From Eledone cirrhosa (Eukaryota), in assembly GCA_964016885.1 (NCBI GenBank), contig OZ024741.1:89652001-89716000 (forward strand): DNA of 64,000 nt, in the 5' to 3' direction. Below the pieces are notes generated by a model. That model was given only the letters and a program-made list of their open reading frames with translations. It was not told where the DNA came from and searched no databases. The stretch's first letter is position 1. Each line of letters starts with the position of its first letter. The translations under genes were made by a program, and so were the position numbers. Positions 57,374 to 64,000 of this stretch are shown here, piece after piece.

Positions 57374-57573
57374 ATATTGTTATACTTGGGGAAGGTCATA
57401 TTTGTGTAATATTGCCAGAATTAATAACAGAACACACTCACTGTTTGGTTGATTTTCGCTTCTGTTATTAATTCTGGCAATATTACACAAATATGACCCT
57501 CCCCAAGTATAACAATATTTGTTTCGACATACCATTTCATATAAAAAACCTCGCAAAACTAATTCATCGCCGC
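57374..57573. mobile_element. Short fold-back of the Penelope pLTR terminus
   Basis: 57374-57432 is the reverse complement of 57460-57518; ends aaaactaattcatcgccgc as at 34347. Confidence 0.8.
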
Positions 57574-57653
57574 TATATATGTATATATATATATATATGT
57601 ATATGTATATATATGTATATATATGTATATATATATATATGTATATATATATG

Positions 57654-57702
<49 letters not shown>

Positions 57703-57777
57703 GTATATATATATGTATATATATATATGTATATATATATGTATATATATATATGTATATATATATGTATATATATG

Positions 57778-57808
<31 letters not shown>

Positions 57809-58539
57809 GTATATATGTATATATGTATATATGTACATATATATGTGTGTGTATATATATATATATGTATATATGTACATATATATGTGTGTGTATATAT
57901 ATATATGTATATATATGTATATATATATGTGTATATATATATGTATATATATATCTATATGTATATATATGTATATATATATGTGTATATATATATGTAT
58001 ATATATATATCTATGTGTATATATATGTATATATATATGTGTATATATATATATGTATATATATCTATGTGTATATATATGTATATATATATGTGTATAT
58101 ATACATATGTATATATATATATGTATATATATATGTGTATATATACATATGTATATATACATATGTATATATATATATGTATATATATATATGTGTATAT
58201 ATATATATGTATATATATATATATGTGTATATATATATGTATATATATATATGTGTGTATATGTATATATATGTGTGTGTATATATATATGTGTGTATAT
58301 ATATATATATGTGTATATATATGTATATATATATATGTGTATATATATATATGTGTATATATATGTATATATATATATATATGTGTGCATATATATATAT
58401 GTATATATATATATATATGTGTGTGTGCATATATATATATATATATATGTGTATATATATATATATATGTGTGTATATATATATATATGTGTGTGTATAT
58501 ATATATATATATATGTTTATATATATATATATGTGTGTG

Positions 58540-58592
<53 letters not shown>

Positions 58593-58667
58593 ATATATAT
58601 ATGTATATATATATATATATGTGTTATGTATATATATATGTGTGTGTATATATATATGTATATATAT
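57574..58667. repeat. (TA)n/(TG)n array
   Basis: Direct. Confidence 0.95.
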
Positions 58668-58720
58668 AAGGTTAATCTCTCCCTCTACTTCCCTCTCAAT
58701 CCCCTAATTTCTATACTTTC

Positions 58721-58812
<92 letters not shown>

Positions 58813-58820
58813 ATATATAT

Positions 58821-59414
58821 ACTAGCAGAATGGTCCGGCGTTGGCCGGGATTTGCTCTAGGGTTCTTATATATTTGATATATATTTATCCTTATCGAGCC
58901 TCGTGAAATAAATATATTTTATTATTTTGTATGCAAAAATATCTGTACACGAATATATAATCTCTCTATATATAAAACGGAAGATGTCTGTCTGTGTGTG
59001 TGTATGATTTTTATGCATTTCCACATTTCTCTACCGATTATGCACTCCTCAAGTGATGACACGCAATATCGTCTACAAAGAGGTATTTTAGATGTTGGTG
59101 CAGGTGTTGGAGGTGTTGGAGCTATGCCGTCTGGAAAACTATTTCCTGGTAGGGTCACCCATGGCGGACAGATCTGACACCCAGCGGCATGAGGGCCACC
59201 GTCTTGCAACTTTGGTCTGCTAAATTCGCCATTGGAAGATTATTAACCCATCATTGATTGTCCAAAATGCTAATTGGTTCGTAACTTTAAATAACCGGTT
59301 CAACTGCTTTATGCACTTAATTGATAAGCTTATTCGCTTTCAAGCTACGTTTACCTGTATGTAACTTTTCATAGCAAATGAACAAACCCGAGCAACGCCG
59401 GGCTAAACTGCTAG

Positions 59415-59464
<50 letters not shown>

Positions 59465-59579
59465 ATATAACAGATTAAAGTTTAAGCAAAGAATCGATGC
59501 TTTCACCCTTAACAGGATCTTCTGAAACTAAAAAAATCAATCTGTGAACGCAGAAGTAAATATTTCGAAAAACGTTACA

Positions 59580-59644
<65 letters not shown>

Positions 59645-59918
59645 CACACATACATACACATATAGCGTCATAATGTCGTAATGCAGACAGCTAGACATAC
59701 AGACAGATATTATAAGGGCGCAACATTATATCTATGTATCTATCTAAAAAGAAAGACTAAGAATTATAAAGAGAGATCGCTAAATCGCCTAATGCGGCAC
59801 CTAGGGCATTGAAAATTTGAAATCTTTTTGCTCAAAACACTCACAGGACCATAAGTATTACATGTGTAAAGTTTGAAAACAATCGATTGGGTGGTTCTCA
59901 AGTTTTAGGGAGTCAGGC

Positions 59919-60015
<97 letters not shown>

Positions 60016-60038
60016 TTCTCTGTTTTAGATATATAGAT
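58821..60038 (-). mobile_element. Non-autonomous Helitron ends on the minus strand, possibly one element with nested inserts
   Basis: 3' hairpin + CTAG-T at 58821-58850 (actagcag...ccggcgttggccggg); 5' TCTATATATCTAAAA followed by (GTCT)n at 60037-59918. Confidence 0.55.
58961..59414 (+). mobile_element. Non-autonomous Helitron
   Basis: Starts A-TCTCTCTATATATAAAA; ends CCCGAGCAACGCCGGG hairpin, short spacer, CTAG-T. Confidence 0.75.
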
Positions 60039-60047
60039 ATGTATATA

Positions 60048-60118
<71 letters not shown>

Positions 60119-60187
60119 AAAAAGAGATGAAATCGAAAATGCAACTGAAGTCTTATTTTAAAAAAAAATATATATATTTATTTGGTT

Positions 60188-60225
60188 CCTTTACCGGTTT
60201 CGCAGTTCTTCTGCTTTTCAAAAGG
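60188..60225 (-). ncRNA. Minimal hammerhead, U3-A8 variant (family F)
   Basis: Reverse complement of 60295-60332. Confidence 0.7.
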
Positions 60226-60294
60226 TGAGTTGAGATGGAGGGTCTGTGGTTTTTCTCACAGTGAGAAAAACCACAGACCCTCCATCTCAACTCA

Positions 60295-60332
60295 CCTTTT
60301 GAAAAGCAGAAGAACTGCGAAACCGGTAAAGG
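60295..60332 (+). ncRNA. Minimal hammerhead, U3-A8 variant (family F)
   Basis: CCTT-TTGAAAA-GCAG-aagaa-CTGC-GAAA-CCGG-TA^-AAGG. Confidence 0.7.
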
Positions 60333-60463
60333 AACCAAATAAATATATATATTTTTTAAAAAAATAAGACTTCAGTTGCATTTTCGATTTCATCTCTTTT
60401 TCTTTATACTTTCACTCGTGTAGGACACCTCGGTTATTTTTCATTTTGTAAAAGAAACCTCAC

Positions 60464-60553
<90 letters not shown>

Positions 60554-60574
60554 ATATATATATATATATATGTA

Positions 60575-61326
60575 TCCCCTGCGGGGATGTTTTCACTACG
60601 ATGTTGATGTCATCTACGTAACGGGAGTACATAGTCAGGGTTATAGAGTTCTCATCTAAGCGTTCCTTAAGTTTTCTGTCCATAAAGAGATTGGCTATGA
60701 TGATACCAATGGCTGCCCTCACTTTTTGGGCATATGTTTTGTCATTGTTCCATATGTTCCTTAAGGGTTAGTCCTATGCTGGCCCTCACCACATGTGCGA
60801 TTATTTTCCTTACTTGGTCATGGTTTTCGAAGGTCCGTATGGTTCAGGTTAAACCGCTTCATCTTTTTGTGGGGGTCTTCTTGGCCATTGGGATAATGGT
60901 AGGTGGTCTGCCTCCATCTGGTCCTCTAGGGTAGAGGCCGCTAAGGTCGTATGTATCTACATATTCCTTATCTTGCGTGAGACTAAGTAGAAGTGCCAAC
61001 TCACTGGTATTAATCCCACGAAATTCTACCTCGCTCTTGCTGATCATCTCCCTGCATTTTTCTACTGCAAAATCTACGTCAATGTATAGGGACACCACAC
61101 CCATGCTACATATTGTACAGCCTGTCAGGTCCTCAGATAGGTTGCATTCGTTGATTCTTCTGACGAGGTCTTCTGTGGTGTCACATATGCCAGGGGACAT
61201 TCCAATTATAGGGTGTATGATTATGGAGCGGAAGTAGGAGAGTCTGTAGTTGCTGGCAATGTTAGCTCCACAGATTGGCCGTGTTTGTGGCCCGGTGACT
61301 GGGTCACTATTTGTTTTATGGTCTTT

Positions 61327-61328
<2 letters not shown>
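60575..61328 (-). pseudogene. Degenerate Penelope-like RT fragment, sister family of the 51-55 kb element
   Basis: KDHK...TRPICGANIASNY...VVSLY...FAVEKC / AAIG...YSRYVDDINIV; bounded by (CA)n and (TA)n. Confidence 0.85.
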
Positions 61329-61392
<64 letters not shown>

Positions 61393-61634
61393 TTGATATA
61401 ATACATGCGCAGCCCAAGTACACAGTTCACAAAAACAAGATGGTGTAAGAACGAACAAAGTAGAGATACAAAATAACAAAAGTAGTCACTGAGGAGGTCA
61501 CAGAATGTGTGACGAAAGAGCTTTGATGACAACCAACAACTAAACAAACTTCCGGTTATTAAACTAACCAACTGGGAAATTATAATAATAAATTGAAGTG
61601 AAATCTAACAGGCGCGTGTATCTTTTGTTGGTAG

Positions 61635-62073
61635 CATGACCTTCCCAAAGTATAACAATATCTGTTTCAACACACGTTTTCAGATAAAACATCTTGCAAA
61701 ACAAATACAAAAGCGAAGTGTGTGTATATATATATATAATATAAAACGAAAAATCAGTGATGCATCTGAACTCAATTTATTGTGTGTTACAATTGTTTCT
61801 CCGGCGGACAGCTCGAGACACGATCATTGTGTGGATCTGTCTGATTCTTGATCTGCAGGTTCGACGGACATGTCTAATGATTTCGGAGCAAATTCCTTCA
61901 CTGGCAAATTCTTTCACTGGCAAATTCCTTCACGGCGAAACAATTGTAACATAATAAATTGAGTTCAGATGCATTACTGATTTTTCGTTTTATATTATAT
62001 CATACTCTGCTCTGTAAGAGCATAGAGTGCTCAACCGGCATACCGCCTATAGAAGCATCATAGCTATCATCAG

Positions 62074-62077
<4 letters not shown>
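61635..62077. mobile_element. Penelope pLTR terminus followed by a family-E fold-back with a decayed hammerhead
   Basis: 61635-61708 resembles 34265-34335; inverted arms 61735-61799 / 61937-61999 contain GAAA-CAATTG-TA-ACA. Confidence 0.65.
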
Positions 62078-62169
<92 letters not shown>

Positions 62170-62967
62170 TTATATATATATGGATGAGTCAGGACCCCGG
62201 TGGTTGAACTCTTGCCATTTCAACTGCGTCGGGATCCTGGCTCATTCATATAACCATACTCTAATACCCCAAGTACCGTGTACTCTTGTGAGTAATGGTC
62301 TAACCAGTTTCTTACTGAATCCATCTTGATATATATATATCGCCGTCGCTGTTGAATGTTTCTCAATATTTACTTCGCTTCACCGTTTCCCGGCTCTATT
62401 CACCTCCAGTGACTCCACACTTCGTAGTTCAACTGTTTGTGGTTCTACCGCATATCGTCGTACTCAAAGACAAGCAGTTTCTCTTGCGGCCATACCATGA
62501 CACGAGACAATGCTACGATCATATTTCCTACTGCCTCCCTTTCTCTACAGCGTTGTGTGACTGTTTCTGGATGTATATGTATGTATGTGTACGCAGAATT
62601 TCATATACAGTTTTTGTACACCCCTTACGTTGGTCAATTCACGCGAGTACGCTCACTCACATCTCTACACTCTCACAGTTACCAGTTCCGTTGCGGTCCG
62701 ATGCCCATCACTCACACCTTTGCACAGACAAACGAACAAATCTACACACGCTCACACATACACACACATATGCGCACACTCGTCCACTCAAAATATTCTA
62801 TGATCATTACTCATTTTTAAACCTCTCTAATACCTAAGATCCCTACTGACAATCATTTCCCCAAAATGGCTGACTGAATACACATGTCTTTTTTCCCCCA
62901 AACATGCTTTCTGTTCCTTCCTCTTTTCACTCTCTATCTTACTATTTCATCTTTTATTTCTTATTCT

Positions 62968-63005
62968 ATCATCTTATGAAGGACTAGTATCCGAAAGTTA
63001 GAGAT
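62968..63005 (+). ncRNA. Decayed minimal hammerhead motif (family H)
   Basis: CTTATGA-AGGA-ctagta-TCC-GAAA-GT-TA-GAGAT; the G5 position is mutated. Confidence 0.35.
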
Positions 63006-63139
63006 TCATTTCCTACTATACCAAGCGTTAAACTAATATATTTCTTCATTGTACTGTGTTGTTATCGTTTATCTTTTGCATATACACACACACGCACGCG
63101 CACACATATATAGACACACATACACACGCACGCATGCAT

Positions 63140-63200
<61 letters not shown>

Positions 63201-63259
63201 TATATGGGGAAGTACCTCAGCATGGTCTCAGTCGAATAACCGAAACCAGTAAATGAAAA

Positions 63260-63305
<46 letters not shown>

Positions 63306-63699
63306 AAACAAAATGAAAACGAAATTTCATTTCTCACTCTTAGTATGGCACTTACTTAAATGTAAGTATGCATGTATACGTACATACATATATGTATACA
63401 GACGTACAGTAGCATGCACATATATATATATATATGCATACAGGTACACATACATATAATATATTTAATACAATAACAGAGATAGCTTAAAGCTAAACTC
63501 CGACTGGTAACCATCTCACTCAACAAACATTAGGTTATATGTTAGTATAAACCCAATTTAAGTGTTTGGGGTGCTAACTATATGTATTTTGTGGAAAGCC
63601 AGTTGTATTATTATATATATATATCCGGGAGCTTCCAACAGTAATGGTTGCATTTTTAAAGGGTATGTCAATATTTATTTATAAAACTGATCTATATTA

Positions 63700-63764
63700 T
63701 ATTTTGTCTGATGAAAGCACACCATAATTTAACTTGGTGTCCTTGAAATATGTATAATGAAATA
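63700..63764 (+). ncRNA. Type I hammerhead motif (family A)
   Basis: TATTTTGT-CTGATGA-AAGCACACCA...TGGTGTCCTT-GAAA-TATGTA-TA^-ATGAAATA. Confidence 0.8.
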
Positions 63765-63891
63765 AATATGGTTTTATAAATATAGTTTCCATTTATTAAT
63801 ATCGTATGTTTACTCCAAATACTTGTTGAGTGCTTTATATCAGTTATAAAAATATTTGCTTGTTGTATCCCAACAATTTAAATAGAACTTT

Positions 63892-64000
<109 letters not shown>

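Larger units (their letters stand above)
60112..60408. repeat. Near-perfect ~295-bp palindrome centred at 60260
   Basis: The same 61-aa ORF is read on both strands; 1-nt loop. Confidence 0.92.

Overview
AT-rich, repeat-dominated eukaryotic DNA, most likely an octopus (coleoid cephalopod) genome; this is inferred from the SINE families, the RTE/Penelope content and the huge (TA)n arrays. I found no credible host exon. About half of the window is multi-kb imperfect (TA)n/(TATG)n/(TACA)n microsatellite, so the many YI-repeat ORFs are artefacts. Retroelements nested in these arrays: a near full-length RTE-clade LINE (24430-27565, minus strand, APE + RT, three net frameshifts); a Penelope-like element (50343-55553) with an inverted 3' arm, an Asn-rich insert, RT and C-terminal GIY-YIG, whose ORF is broken by a SINE, one TGA and homopolymer slips; further Penelope, CR1 and CRE fragments; five copies of a ~590-bp bipartite non-autonomous element ending in a C2H2 zinc-finger remnant. 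Also present are tRNA-type SINEs (some in tandem arrays), non-autonomous Helitrons and MITE-like elements. The most striking feature is about 14 type-I hammerhead ribozyme motifs from about 8 sequence families. Most have a palindromic stem III, many sit inside fold-back (inverted-repeat) modules flanked by (TA)n, and one family uses the U3-A8 core variant. The 26.7-33.9 kb duplication around a 200-N gap is probably an assembly overlap.
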